NCBI RefSeq assembly: GCF_009914755.1
Contig: NC_060930.1
Origin: the human T2T-CHM13v2.0 reference genome, Homo sapiens
Strand: one strand, 5' to 3'
DNA: 64,000 bases
The translations under genes and the position numbers were made by a program. The notes beneath the pieces are model-generated. The model saw nothing but the letters and a program-made list of their open reading frames with translations. It had not been told where the DNA came from and made no database searches. Positions 1-15,310 of the stretch are shown here, in pieces (the stretch's first letter is position 1; each line of letters opens with the position of its first letter).

Positions 1-1260
<1,260 letters not shown>

Positions 1261-1482
1261 TTAGGAAATTACCCCAAATATTGTAGGGACATGGGATACA
1301 GGGGTATAGTAGTGTATTATTTGTGGTAAGAATACATGAAGAAATAAACTCATTGCAAATTATCAATGCATAATACTTGTTGGTCACTTCCCGTAGGACG
1401 GTTATGGTAATGGGTAATTGGAATTGTGTTAGGGTGGGAGGAAGGCTTGTTTAGAAAAGTAAAGCTATAGCAATTATCTTGA

Positions 1483-1841
<359 letters not shown>

Positions 1842-2509
1842 GGTCTTTGATGATTTTAAGAAATAAACGTAACTTGTATGGAGGTTCTGGAAAGAGAATG
1901 TCTGAAACAAGTCAAAATACATTCTCCTTTTATATATATATGTAGATGTGATTAAAAAGGTATATATGTAAGCAGCAGTCCACTGCAACATACTATAGAC
2001 AGTCTTGTCTACTTCACAACATTATTTCCCTTCTCACGTACTGGTCTTATCTCCCTTCATCATGCTATAACACAAAGGACATCGGCTGTGCCATTCCATG
2101 ATTTTTGTCTGGAAGGGATCCTAGTACTTAACGGAGTACCTCAAAGATAGTAGACGCTCAATAGATGTTCATGTGCTCTTGGGTGTTGCTGGCTTTCCTG
2201 GTAACTTCTGAAGAAGAATATTTATTTTGATTAGTTTATTTTGCCTAACGTCCTGACAATGGGCAACATGCTACTAAGATCATGTGTTGTGTTTAGATGA
2301 CAGTTAATTGAAAGATTTCACTGCATAATTGAAAGATTTGACTCTCTCTACTGAGTTCACAGGACTGTGCTGACTCTGCTAATTAGTTATTATCTTTTCT
2401 TGTTTTGCAATAATACCATGCTAGGGAACCCACTAATAGAATCTTTTAAAAGCTGAAGAGCTAGTCAGACAGCCAAGTACTGACAAGGACATTTAAAAGT
2501 ATAGCAAAA

Positions 2510-2834
<325 letters not shown>

Positions 2835-2886
2835 TCATATCTGTCTCTTCAGTTAGGATGTAAACTATCAGTAAAATATAAGATAT

Positions 2887-3183
2887 GAACCAGGCATGGT
2901 GGCTCATGCCTATAATCCCAGTACCTGGAGAAGCTGAGGTGAGAGGATTGCTTGAGCCTAGGAGTTTGAGACCAGCCTGGGTAAGACTCTGTCTCCACAG
3001 AAAATAAGTAAAAACTAGCTGGGTGTGGTGGCACACAACTGTGGTCCCAGCTACTTGGGAGGCTGAGGTGGGGGATCTCTTGAGCCCGGGTGATCGAGGC
3101 TGCAGTGAGCTGAGATTGCACCACTGCACTCCAGCCTGGGCAACAGAGAGAGAGACCCTGTCAAAAAAAAAAAAAAAAAAAAA
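2887..3183 (+). mobile_element. AluJ
   Basis: J-type motifs (aggattgcttgagcc, gaggctgcagtgagc) and A tail. Confidence 0.88.
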
Positions 3184-5984
3184 GATACAGTAGAAAATGA
3201 AGATGGGATTTGTGATTCTGGATTTCCAGGTTCATGGATGAAGTCTGATGAGTTGCTATGACTGTCAAAATAGCATAGATTCATAGTTCCATGAAGGTAA
3301 AGGAATTAGGTTAGCATCTGGTTTAATTAAACTTTGATTGGATTGAATGCACAAAATAGAAAAATTATAAAATACACTGGTTTAAACAAGATAGAAGTTT
3401 ATTTCCATCTCATGTGAAAGATGGCCAGAGCTAGGCAATCCAGACAGGTGTTAGTAACACATCAAGATCACACAGCTTGGGGGTGGCGCAACCCTTAAAT
3501 TCATTATCCAAGAGATTAAGATGATAATAGCACCTACCTCATAGAGCTAAGAGGATTTAATAATAAAAACCATATGAAGTACTTGAATAAACACCTGGCA
3601 CATATAACATGCTCAATAGGTGTTATGTATTAATGTGAGGGAGCCACAGATTACTCAAGTGATGAATAAATAGTAACTAACATTCTGATAACTTACATGG
3701 AGGAAGGATGAGGGATCTAGGAGAGGACATCACAGGGGTTTCTCATCTAGTTTGGAGGCTCTGGGAATACTCTTCTGAGGAACTAATGCCCCAGATATAT
3801 CTGAAAGATGACTAGGTGTTAGTTGGGTGGCCGGCTGGGGATGGTTCCAATCAGAGAGAAACCACCTGTCCTGGATTAGGAGGGGCACCAGAAAGTAGTG
3901 AAAGGAGGCTTTGTGTCTTGATTTCAGAAGATGAGGCTGGAGAGCAGCAGGGCCAAGGCCAGGATACCTGTTAGGGATTTGGGTCCTTATCTGGAGACTA
4001 ATGGGCAACCACCAACGAGGATCAATCAGTTGGAGGAGGAAGTTACCATGAGGCTGGATCTCTGCTTGTGTCCAGAGCTCCCAACCCCCAGGGGCTGATG
4101 CTCCCAGGTGGGACTGACCGTAGACAGCTTGCCTCGATGTATCTTGCATCCTGGAGTAGGGGTGGGGCTCCAGCCATTTTGAGAGATTCATAGTGTGCAT
4201 TTGATAACACATTGAATGCCAGATAGCTGGGTGGAAAGGAAGCTTATTTTGATTCACACTTCCTCATTCACACAAAAATATTCTGAAAGCCCTAAACTAG
4301 AGGAGAGAATGTATGCATAATCTGAAAACACTTATATTTGGCTCTAGAAACCACAAAAGTAAAGAGTTCAAGTGGCATGGTCACCTGTGTGTCCATATTC
4401 TTGAACTCCTCAAATTCCCTTGGATTCACACTGTCCCCCTCTGGCCCCTGCTTGGGGTCTGGGACCTATCAGTGAAAGAAGGGTGCGCACACTTGGGGTA
4501 ACTGAGCACTACTCATTTATTCCACAGTGGCTATGGTTGTTGAAACTTACATAGGGACTCAGGTGAGAGCAAACTATTCTTGCAGATAATATGCTGTAGA
4601 AGTGGAAATCTGTTGTTGGTTCTTATACAGCTATAAGCACACCATGTGCATAAAATGCACGAACATTATTCAATTTTTTCTTAACATGTTTGACAAAAAT
4701 TTTAGAGGAACAAAAATAAAGGAGTTCATTAATAGAACTATAGTAGGAACTACATGTTATCAAATATGTAACTATGGAGTCTAATCATGTCATCTCTGGT
4801 TTTTACTGTAGTCTGTACTCTAAAACAAGTGTGGAAGTGGAGCACTCTACATATCCTAAGTGCCAAAAATATTCCTCTTCATGAAATTCGCCAGATCTGC
4901 AAAACACAGCTCCTTTTGAAGAGAAGAGCCAGGGAACTCCATTAGCAGGCTTTGATGGCATTAATAATTCAGAGAGATGCCCTCTATCTTCTTTAAGATA
5001 GACAGAAGGGTCCCTTTTAATGTATAACCAGGCAGAAAAGAGGAGAGGACACGGGTGGGAGAGAAGAGGAGGTTGCAAGCCAGCACCTGCCCCACACCAG
5101 GGGATGGAAGCTAATTGTGAAAAGCTGCCCCACTACAGCTGCTGCCTCTTGAAAAATGCAAACTGTGTTTTGAGCAAACATATCATCCACTTGTAAGTAT
5201 CTTAGATTCCTGACAGATCTGATTATTCCCTCCTCCCCACTAGTGGCTTCATCTTATCTAATTAGCATGTGTGAAAGTTGATTCCTTTTTTAATCAGGAA
5301 GCTATGGAAACAAAATTAATTTGTGATTTAATCTTAACTCATGGAAGCATTAATGATAATTAAAAATTATTTTAAAAATTAAAAAAATTTTCATGCACAT
5401 TTTTGATATGTTGTCATGAGAGTATTAAGATATCACAGATAAGTGGCTTCCAATATTTCCAGCACTTGAAAATTAAAAAAAATGGTGCTTCTCTCTGAAT
5501 TCAGTATTCCTGTAATAATGGAGAATCTGGGAATCAAAGTGAGTACTTCTGGGAAAAAAAATATTTCTCCTGGCAGACAAAAGCTTAGAGGCATGAAGTC
5601 AGTGTATGGTCCAGCCACAGTCAGAGCTGGCTGAAAAATGTAAGAGTCAGTAAGGAATGATGTTTTTTGTTATTATCAACATCTGTTGAGGGCCTAGTAG
5701 GTGTTATTCAGTGATAGAGAAAAACTTGATTTGGAATCATCACTGCAGTTAAATAAATTAAATGGAAAAGTGAAAAAAGCCTCATCATTATTGGAAAAAG
5801 GAGAGAAAATGTTCCATATTTAGCCATATCATATGTATTAGTTTTGAGATGGCAGAAGCCAGACGAAAAGATGGCTGGATGCATCATTAGAGTTTTTGGT
5901 TACCAAGGAACTAAGATTTGCTGCTGCCACTTAGAGTTATAGAATTTGTAGTAGGGCAATGATCTTTGAATAGTTTAGAGAGGT

Positions 5985-6375
5985 CCTGGAGGTCCCTGAG
6001 ACACTTTTAGTGAGTCTGCAGAATCTTCCCTTTTCCAACTAAACATCTGTGGGAAGCCACATTTTTTTTCACATATTTAAATCAAAGCAACATATCACAA
6101 CAGGTTCAGCAAAAGTAGATGTAAGAATCCAGATGTCTTTTATTAAGCAAAAATTACAGAGGTTTGCAAACATTCAAGACAATGGAACTCTTCTAAGTAA
6201 TTGTTTTTGTTTTAGAAAATAGTTATTTGTTTAAATAAAACTATATTATTTATGTTAACATGTAATAGTTTTATTTTAATTAATTAGAGCTTTAAAAAAT
6301 TCTCAGTTTGAATTTCTAATATTGTAAATATGAAGAAATATAATTCATATGAACAAAAAGCTTTTTGGATTTCTC
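5985..6375 (+). mobile_element. hAT-Charlie DNA transposon relic (Charlie1-like); remainder probably at ~7650-7730
   Basis: ttccaactaaacatctgtg...agaatccagatgtcttttattaagc resembles the Charlie1 3' region. Confidence 0.6.
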
Positions 6376-6379
6376 ATTT

Positions 6380-7620
6380 ATGTATAAGAGTGCAAATGAT
6401 ATCACCTTACACCTGTAAGAATAATTTTTTCTTTCTTTCTTTTTTTTTTGAGACGGAGTCTTGCTCTGTCTCCCAGGCTGGAGTGCAGTGGTGCGACCTC
6501 GGCTCACTGCAATCTCCGCCTCCTAGGTTCAAGCAATTCTATGCCTCAGCCTCACAAGTAGCTGGAATTACAGGTGCCCGCCACCACGCCTTGCTAATTT
6601 TTTTATTTTTAGTAGAAACGGGGTTTTAGCATCTTGGCCAGGCTTGTCTTGAACTCCTAACCTCGCGATTCACCCGCCTTGGCCTCCCAAAGTGCTGGGA
6701 TTACAGGCATGAGAAAAAAGTAAATAAATAAAAAAGAGAAGAGATAACAAATGCTGGCAAAGATATGAAGAAAAGAGAAACCTCGTACACCATTGGTGGG
6801 AATGTAAATTAGCACAGCTATTATGAAAACTAGTATGGGGGTTCTTCAAAGAACTAAAAATAGAGCTACTATGTGATCTAGCAATTCTACTTCTGGATAT
6901 ATATCCAAAGAAAATAAAATCAGTACATTGAAGAGATATCTGCTCTCCTATGTTCATAACAGCATTATTCACAGTAGCCAAGATAGAGAATCAACTTATA
7001 TTCATCAACTGATGAATGCATAAAGAATCAGGATATTCCTCAATAGATGAATACATAAAGAAAACATGGTACATGTACATGATGGAATACTATCGAGTCT
7101 TAAGAAATTCTATCATTTTCAACAACATGGAACCTGGAGGACATTATGTTGAGTGAAATAAGCTGGTACCGAAAGGCAAATGCTGCATGATTTCACCTAT
7201 ACGTGGAATGGAAAAAAGTAAAAAAAAATGAACTCATGGAAGCATGGAGTAGAATGGTGGCTACCAGGCACTGGGATGAAAAGAAGACTGAAATGGGGAG
7301 ATATTGGTTAAAAGGTACAAAATTTTCAGGTAGATAGAAGGAATACTCTTTGGAGATCCATTGTACATCATGGTGGATATAACTAATGATAATGTATAGC
7401 ACACCTAAAAATTGCTAAGATAGTAGATTTTGAACATTTTCATGACAAAATGATAAGTATGTGAAGTGACAGATATGTTAATTGGCTTGATTTAATCAGT
7501 TCACAGTGTATACATACATCAGACAATTAAAAAACAAATAGTAAATCTGGGTAAAGAATATATCTCTTTTTACTATTCCTACAAATTTTCTGTGTCTAAA
7601 ATTATTTCAAAATAAAATGA
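6380..7620 (+). mobile_element. L1MA/MB-type 3' end, split by an Alu
   Basis: ORF2 C-terminal and 3' UTR motifs (ggtgggaatgtaaattag, aacatggaacctggaggacattatg). Confidence 0.8.
6431..6713 (-). mobile_element. AluS inserted in L1
   Basis: Reverse Alu body with T tail. Confidence 0.9.
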
Positions 7621-7728
7621 AAGAAAAAATAAAATGACATTTTTGAATAATTAAAAAAGAGAGTGTAAGGATTCTTGAGATTAAAATCTCAAGTTTAAAG
7701 GGTCTTGAGATTACAATTTAAAAAGTTT

Positions 7729-7910
<182 letters not shown>

Positions 7911-8660
7911 CCCCAGCAACGCTTGAGACCTGCTCCTGCAAGTATTTAACTCACAGAAAAGGAGATAGCACCAGGTAAAAATGAAGTAAAAGCTGTGTAA
8001 GCTGTGTGTTGGGCCTTGCAGAACAGGAAGCCTGAGAAAGGAGAGGTTATTTAGAATGCAGCCTCTCTTGGGGAAAACGTATATTCCAGCGATCCTCTCT
8101 ACAATGGGACTTCATTCACCCTCCAAATCCTTTTTTGGAAGTTTGTGTCTTAGCTTTCCTCTGTTGTGACTTTTACTGCTCCTTCTGCTCTCGATACAGA
8201 CACCATAAAATTTACCGTTCATCCAAGAACACTTTTGAGAGTAAAAAATGGAATTATTAATAATTACAGGACAATAGCCTTGCCTAGCTGCCATCTTTCT
8301 TATCCTGTCCAGTAAGTACCCCTAAGAGTAGAATTGTTGAGTCAAAGGACATGAAAACTGTTGTAGATCCTGTCCGCTCATGATTCTATCAGGAATAGGA
8401 ACACCAATGATTACATTAGCCACGAGGTGATTAGGTTTCAGCAGTGCATTTCTGTATTTGATCTCCAACACATTTTGCTTTTTAAAGTTGAGTTCTGAAA
8501 TTAGAGACAAGAGCAGATGGCAGTAGATTCACTCTAATTCAGGGAGTTATTAAGAAATTTTGAATTTTTTTACTATATAATTTGAAGCCTGCTTTAATGT
8601 CATCATCATAAACGGAAGGGTGGGTTGATGAGTTTACTCAGATTAGAGTGGTACAACCTT

Positions 8661-8716
8661 TGGGGCGGAGCCTCTGACTCTGATTGGTTGGACAATGTTT
8701 TCCAGGCAGTATAAAA
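8661..8716 (+). promoter_or_regulatory. RFPL4B: RFPL4B core promoter: GC box, reverse CCAAT box, TATA box
   Basis: GGGGCGGAG at 8662-8670, ATTGG at 8683-8687 and TATAAAA at 8710-8716, in canonical order and spacing. Predicted TSS ~8740, followed by a strong donor at 8822. Confidence 0.8.
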
Positions 8717-8739
8717 ACGCTGGTGTCTCTCCGCGGAAA

Positions 8740-8821
8740 CTCCGAGAGGAGCAGAGGTCTGTAGAGGTAGAGACGTAGGCTTCGGATCTTTTAGAATTCT
8801 GCTGGAAGTCTCCAAGTCAAG
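8740..8821 (+). other. RFPL4B: RFPL4B non-coding exon 1 (5' UTR; start approximate)
   Basis: Begins ~25-30 nt after the TATA box and ends at consensus donor CAAG|GTAAGT (intron starts 8822). Contains no ATG. Confidence 0.75.
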
Positions 8822-9122
8822 GTAAGTTATACCTTCTGTTTAAGCTATTTCCAATGTCCTATTCTGTCTTTGGCTACAAACTGGTGTTTTCGAATGCCTT
8901 TAACTATTTATTTTAGAGGAGAAAGAACTAGTTTTTTCCTGTGCCAGGGAGCTTTCTTCACCTTTAACTATAACTTTGCCATTTAAATTTTTACATATGA
9001 ACCTCAGGTCACTCTTTGCATGAACTTGTATTTTTATGTGTTTTCAACTACAATGGATTTAAATGGTTTTAAAATGGTTTCTTTTTATTTTCCAACATTT
9101 CTTAAAAGATTTCTGGGTTTTC

Positions 9123-9400
<278 letters not shown>

Positions 9401-10606
9401 AGACTTCACTTCGGGTTTTCACTTAAATATACTTGGCCACTTTTAGTAGTTGTGTCATAATTAGCTGAATCATTTTATTATTGTTAGATAATTCGATTGT
9501 TCCTGATCATTTGGGATGGTAGTTAACACTGAAATGAACAACTTGTGAATAAGTGTAGCATTTTTTTTCTTTTGTAAAATTGTTTTCTTAGATACATTCC
9601 AAGGTGGGTTAGGCAATTAGATTTCCAGCACCATGTTAAATTTCCCATTAAATTGAAAAAGATAACAGAATTTAAGAAAGAGGTAATCTCTGGTTGTCCG
9701 CCAGCCAGGCACCATGAGATTGGAATGCTGATCAGGACTTGGAAGACAAAGTTTTATGTGGGCAGATACCCTGTTTATTACACACGTTTGTGTTTCCAGA
9801 GTCCAGTTGAGGCCAAGAGCACAGAAGGGGCTCAATAAGTATTTGTTGGAAAGAGATTAGAGAATGTGTTCTGGGATGTAGGACAGTTCTAGTAACTCAG
9901 TCTTAGGCTGGCCTCATCGGTGTTCATCACTTCCTCTCTCTGGTAATGTTGATGCTGCTCCTCTTTCTGTCCCTCATTCTGTTACTACTGTCACCACTGA
10001 ATGTGTGATTTGTGGGTTCTTGGTAAGGAGTTCTGCTAGTTACTGCTCAGTGCAGGCTCTTATTGGAGAACAGTCCTCTGTTCACATAATCTCAAAGGTG
10101 CTGTCCAGCTTTGCGAGGCTGTCTTTGGGTCATAGGTCTAGCCTGGTCCAATATGCTGTGCCCAGCATGTCAGAGACAGCTCACTCAAAGAATAATAGCC
10201 ATGGTGGGAAGTCCTCTGGGAGCACCAGAGGCTCTCAAGCTTTGGGAGCAGTTGGGGTAACAGGAGGGCATCTTCCTTGTCTGGAACATCTTTTTGGTTT
10301 GTATTCAGGCATGATTATTTTGGAGAAGTTGATGACTATTATATTTTTATTCACATTAATTCAAGCCTTAATTAGTTTTCTTAGAGTGCTTTAAAGCATT
10401 TCATCTAATAACACTTTGTCCTTAAACTTGATTCTTTTATGGGCTTCTCATTTTGCAGTGGATTTTGCTGGCTTTACTCACATGTGGTAATTTTCCTGGA
10501 AATTCTGAGGATTCCTTAGAGTCACTTTTCTGTGATGATTAATGTAGAATTGGCTTTATTTTCATTATTGAATTTAGACATGAACATTCTTTTTCCTGAA
10601 CTGCAG

Positions 10607-10735
10607 AGGATCTACAAAGAAATACTGAGTGGAGACTATACTGAGATTCTGTTAAAGACCCACTTGAATTCAGCCCCCATTAGGAGAAACTTTGGCCGGA
10701 GCAGCCAACACATCACCTGGAAGTCTTCAGACTAG
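10607..10735 (+). other. RFPL4B: RFPL4B non-coding exon 2 (5' UTR)
   Basis: Acceptor ttctttttcctgaactgcag| ending at 10606 and donor TAG|GTAAGC at 10736. Contains no ATG. Confidence 0.7.
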
Positions 10736-11122
10736 GTAAGCTGCACTGTCTGAAAAGAAAGTTTCCACTGTCCTATTTCTGTCTTGTGATTATCTAGAGT
10801 TTGAAGAGTTTCGAAATCATTTTTATCACCATGACTACATTACTGTGATTCTCTAGCAATTTAGTGTCACTTTCATACACAAACTGCAGAAATATTATTT
10901 TTTTGTTATTCTTAATTTCTTAGTTAATAAATTTATTATTATTTATTAAATAATATAATTCATTTATGTATGCCAATAACTTATTTATTAATTTATATTA
11001 TTTAATCTTGGATTTAGACTATTGAAGAGTGGATTGTGTACTGAGGGCTCCCAAGTGCTTCCAGAAGCCAATAAAGGATCACTTCAGTTTACTTCACGGC
11101 TAAGGAGTAACCCTTAAGAACC

Positions 11123-11914
11123 ATGGCCAAACGCCTGCAAGCAGAGTTGTCCTGTCCAGTTTGCCTGGATTTTTTCTCCTGTTCCATTTCTCTCTCTTGT
11201 ACACACGTGTTCTGCTTTGATTGCATCCAGAGGTATATACTAGAAAACCATGATTTTAGAGCGATGTGCCCCTTGTGTCGAGACGTGGTGAAGGTACCTG
11301 CTTTGGAAGAATGGCAAGTGAGCGTCCTAACACTTATGACCAAGCAGCACAATAGCCGACTTGAGCAAAGTCTGCACGTGAGGGAGGAGCTCCGGCATTT
11401 TCGGGAGGATGTGACCCTGGATGCAGCCACTGCCAGCTCCCTCCTTGTCTTCTCCAATGATCTAAGAAGCGCTCAGTGTAAGAAGATCCACCACGATCTG
11501 ACAAAAGATCCCAGGCTGGCCTGTGTCCTGGGTACTCCCTGCTTCTCCTCCGGCCAACATTACTGGGAGGTTGAAGTGGGAGAGGTGAAGTCATGGTCCC
11601 TGGGCGTCTGCAAGGAGCCGGCTGACAGAAAGAGCAATGATTTATTCCCTGAGCATGGCTTCTGGATCAGCATGAAGGCAGGAGCAATCCATGCTAACAC
11701 CCACCTGGAGAGAATTCCTGCAAGCCCTCGCCTTCGCCGTGTGGGAATTTTCCTGGATGCTGACTTAGAAGAAATCCAGTTTTTTGATGTTGACAATAAT
11801 GTCCTCATCTATACACATGATGGTTTCTTCTCTTTGGAGCTTTTGTGTCCATTCTTCTGTCTTGAGCTCTTGGGAGAAGGGGAGAGTGGCAACGTCCTGA
11901 CCATCTGCCCATGA
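11123..11914 (+). CDS. RFPL4B: Ret finger protein-like 4B (RING + PRY-SPRY/B30.2, putative E3 ubiquitin ligase), 263 aa, encoded wholly in the last exon (acceptor gatttag| at ~11017)
   Basis: Kozak ACCATGG. C3HC4 RING (CPVC...CTH..CFDC...CPLC). PRY VTLDAATASSLLVFSNDLR. SPRY CVLGTPCFSSGQHYWEVEVG, WSLGVC, RVGIFLD. No B-box or coiled coil, i.e. RFPL architecture. Confidence 0.96.
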   Translation: MAKRLQAELSCPVCLDFFSCSISLSCTHVFCFDCIQRYILENHDFRAMCPLCRDVVKVPALEEWQVSVLTLMTKQHNSRLEQSLHVREELRHFREDVTLDAATASSLLVFSNDLRSAQCKKIHHDLTKDPRLACVLGTPCFSSGQHYWEVEVGEVKSWSLGVCKEPADRKSNDLFPEHGFWISMKAGAIHANTHLERIPASPRLRRVGIFLDADLEEIQFFDVDNNVLIYTHDGFFSLELLCPFFCLELLGEGESGNVLTICP

Positions 11915-12689
11915 GAAAGTCAGCCCTTCCTAGAAGCTTTCTGAGAGGTGAAAGAGAATTTTGGCCTGAGAAAGGTCAGCATGATTGAGGAAGAGATAAT
12001 GTGCTATAGTGCAAAGACTTGGTAAATTTTTAAAGTAGATTTTGTAGACTTTGTAGCAAAACAATTTTCGGATTTTTGGGGTAAATTTTGTGGAATTTGT
12101 AGCTAGGTAACTGGGGTCTTTAGGGATGTTATTAAGTACTGTAAGCTTCAGTTTTCTAGTCTGTAGATGCGGATAATTGTATCTCAGTCAAACAGCTGTG
12201 GTAATTAGAGACAATACTATGCCTTTGTCTTATAGTAAATAACAAATAGAGAAATCTTAGATTGTAAGTAAGCTAGATATTAGGTTTTGTGGATAGACAA
12301 TATCTTTTTCATTATTTCAAGCTGTTTTGTGTAATTCCTGATAATGTCTGAGGAGGAAGAAAAATTCAACAGCCAGTGTGAGTTATTTTGTTGATACAGC
12401 ATGAAATTTCAGAGAGACAAACTGATATTGGGGAAGAACTAAGTTTTTCATTTTTATTTTCTTTGAAACACAGCCACATAAGTTTTCTTGAAAGACAAAG
12501 AACTTTGACCAAAATGCATTGTTAATGGTGATTCATATTCTTATGGGAAGTGTCATTTACCCATCTCAATAATTGGACTATTGTGATTTATAAGAATTCT
12601 TATCAACCATGTTAACTAACACATATTCATCAAAAATTGTTTTCAAGGTTGCTTTTGGATTTTTTATTTGTAGAATTTATTTTCTTGCA

Positions 12690-12695
12690 AATAAA
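12690..12695 (+). terminator. RFPL4B: RFPL4B polyadenylation signal
   Basis: AATAAA with upstream U-rich elements and downstream GT-rich sequence (tgtgttcatgtttatgctgttt). Gives a ~0.8 kb 3' UTR. Confidence 0.75.
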
Positions 12696-13094
12696 TTTAT
12701 AAAGCATTGGATGTGTTCATGTTTATGCTGTTTGGTCCGTCTCTCACATACAGTCTGAAGTTGGTACCCCTCTTCCTCCACCACAGCTACATGGTCCCAG
12801 ACTGTGATTTCCAATATGTCATCCTTATACACTCATGATGGCTCCTTTTCAAAATATTCAGGTCTCTTAGGGTTGTATTTTTTCTGATTTACTGAGTCAG
12901 CCACTTCTGAGATTACAACTGCCCCAAAAGGGCTGGGGTCTGAGCATGTTCTGGAATCTGCCTTTGACTTCCTTTCTAGAGAGACCCAGAATTGTCATTT
13001 CCCTTCTCTTTCCAACTTCACTGGGAGTAGGGAGATAGCCATTTTCCTCTCTTTATTCTCTTTTGATCTCTACAACTTTATTTCAGGGGACTCA

Positions 13095-14470
13095 TTGCCC
13101 TTCCCTAACACTGGGCAAAATTTCAGGATACAAAATAAATGTACAAAAATCACTAGCATTCTTATATGCCAACAGGAGTCAAGCTGACAGCCAAATCAGG
13201 AATGAACTCCCATTCACAATTGCCACAAAAAGAATAAAATACCTAGGAATGTAGCTAACTAAGGGAGGTGAAAGATCTCTACAAGAACTATAAACCACTG
13301 TTCAAAGAAATCAGAGATGACACAAACAAATGGAGAAACATTCCATGGTCATTAAAAGGAAGAATCGATATTGTTAAAATGGCCATACTGTCCAAAGCAA
13401 TTTATAGATTCAATGCTATTCCTATTAAACTACCATTGAGACTCCTCACAGGACTAGACAAAACTATTTTGAAATTCATATGGAACCAAAAAAGAACCTG
13501 AATAGCCAAGGCTATTTTTTAGCCAAAGCTAAGCAAAAGGAACAAAGCTGGAGACATCACAAGGCTACAGTAGTATAGTTTGTATCAATACCAAAACAGC
13601 ATGGTATTGGTACAAAAACAGACATATAGACCAATGGAACAGATTAGAAAACCCAGAAACAAGACCACATACCCACAACTATTTGATCTTTGACAAACCT
13701 GACAAAAGCAAGCAATGGAGAAAGGATTCCTTTTTCAATAAATAGTGCTGGGATAACCGGCTAGCCATATGCAGAAGATTGAAACCAGACCCATTCCTTA
13801 CACCACATACAAAAATCAACTCAAGATAGATGAAAGATTTAAATGTAAAACCCCAAACCATAAAAACCCTGGAAGACAACCTAGGCAACACCATTCAGGA
13901 CATAGGCATGGGCAAAGAGTTCATGACAAAGATGGCAATTGCAGCAAAAGCAAAAATGGACAAATGGGATCAAATTAAACTAAAGAACTTCTGCACAGCA
14001 AAAGAAACTATCAACAGATTGAACAGGCAACCTAAAGAATGACAGCAAAATTTTGCAAACTATGCATGTGACAAAGGTCTAATATCCAGCATCTATAAGG
14101 AACTTAAGTGTACAAGAAAAAAACCAAACAACCTCATTAAAAAGTGGCAAAGGACACTAACAGAAGTTTTTCTAAAGAACACATGTGGCCAACAAGCATA
14201 TGAAAATAAGCTCAACATCAATGATTATTAGAGAAATGCAAATCAAAACCGCAATGACATACCATCTCACACCAGTCAGAATGGCTATAACTAAAACATC
14301 AAAAAGTAACAGATGCTGGTGAGGTTGTGAAGAAAAAGGAATACTTATATACTATTTATGGGGGTGTAAATTAGTTCAACCATTGTGGAAGCCAATGTGG
14401 TGATTCCCCAAAGACATAAAGACAGAAATACAGTACACTAAAAAAAAAAAAAAAAAAAAAGAAAAAAAAA
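13095..14470 (+). mobile_element. L1PA/PB ORF2 fragment ending in an A tract
   Basis: Decayed ORF2 peptides ([37 protein letters not shown]). Confidence 0.9.
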
Positions 14471-14699
14471 AGAAACTGGCTGCTTATTGTAATGACCCAA
14501 ATGTTTATTCTCCTTAATATTGGGATTTAGAACTTTCTGTAAGACAGAGGCTGTTGTGCAGGCCTTGCTCTTTTCATAGGAAGCAACCAGGAAAAAATGG
14601 CGAAATCTTCTACCCCTTAAGAGGTTACTGTCTTTGGACAGCCTGCAAATATTGGCTAAGAATTTGGTGGAATGCTGTTGCTTCTCATAGGTGGCAGAT

Positions 14700-15310
14700 T
14701 CAGTTGTGCCTCTAAAATGTATGTATAGATGCTGCATGCATCTATCTCAGCTCTTAGCATGGCAGCTTCTAGGAACCTCCCTTAAGGGACAGCTGGTTCT
14801 CTCTCCTTGCCTACTTTTAGTTCTCTTCCTGCACCCCTGCTGCCTGGAGTGCAGACAATTGGGCCACAGGGATGAGGGGCCTGAGAGAACAGTGAACTGG
14901 AATAGGCCTGCACTCTTGAAGGCTACAGGGATCCCTGAGGGCTACAGAGTCACTCTGACAGCTCTGGGACACTTACCTCTGTCTTCATTAATGTGATAAA
15001 GAAACCCCATGAGGCTAGTTTACCTGCATAACAAACCTGTGCATGTAACCCTGAACTTAAAATAAAAGTTAAAAAAAGTATTCTATATCTCAGCAAAAAT
15101 AAATGAGAAATATTTGAGGTGATGAATGTGTTAATTAGCCTGATTTGATCATTCCACAACGTATACATGTATCAGAACATCATGCAGTACCCACAAATAT
15201 ATACAATTATTTGTCAATTAAAAACAAAACTTAAGAAGAGAATAAACACTTTCTGTTTTAAGCCACTGTTATTTTTTGTGTTCTGCCTGCCCTTGAACTT
15301 ATTCCTAACT
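14700..15310 (+). mobile_element. Old MaLR (MLT1-like) LTR interrupted by L1 3'-end fragments (~15000-15235)
   Basis: MLT1-like 3' end aataaacactttctgttttaagccactg and L1 terminus aacaaacctgtgcatgtaaccctgaacttaaaataaaag. Confidence 0.5.

Noticed and set aside
3730-4257. 175-aa minus-strand ORF
   Set aside because: No recognisable domain, non-ATG start and no supporting gene structure; probably a chance ORF.
11070-11075. AATAAA in the RFPL4B 5' UTR as a premature polyA site
   Set aside because: No clear downstream GU-rich element, and the hexamer is common by chance.
11089-11808. Antisense ORFs overlapping RFPL4B
   Set aside because: Shadow ORFs of the coding strand with no independent signals.
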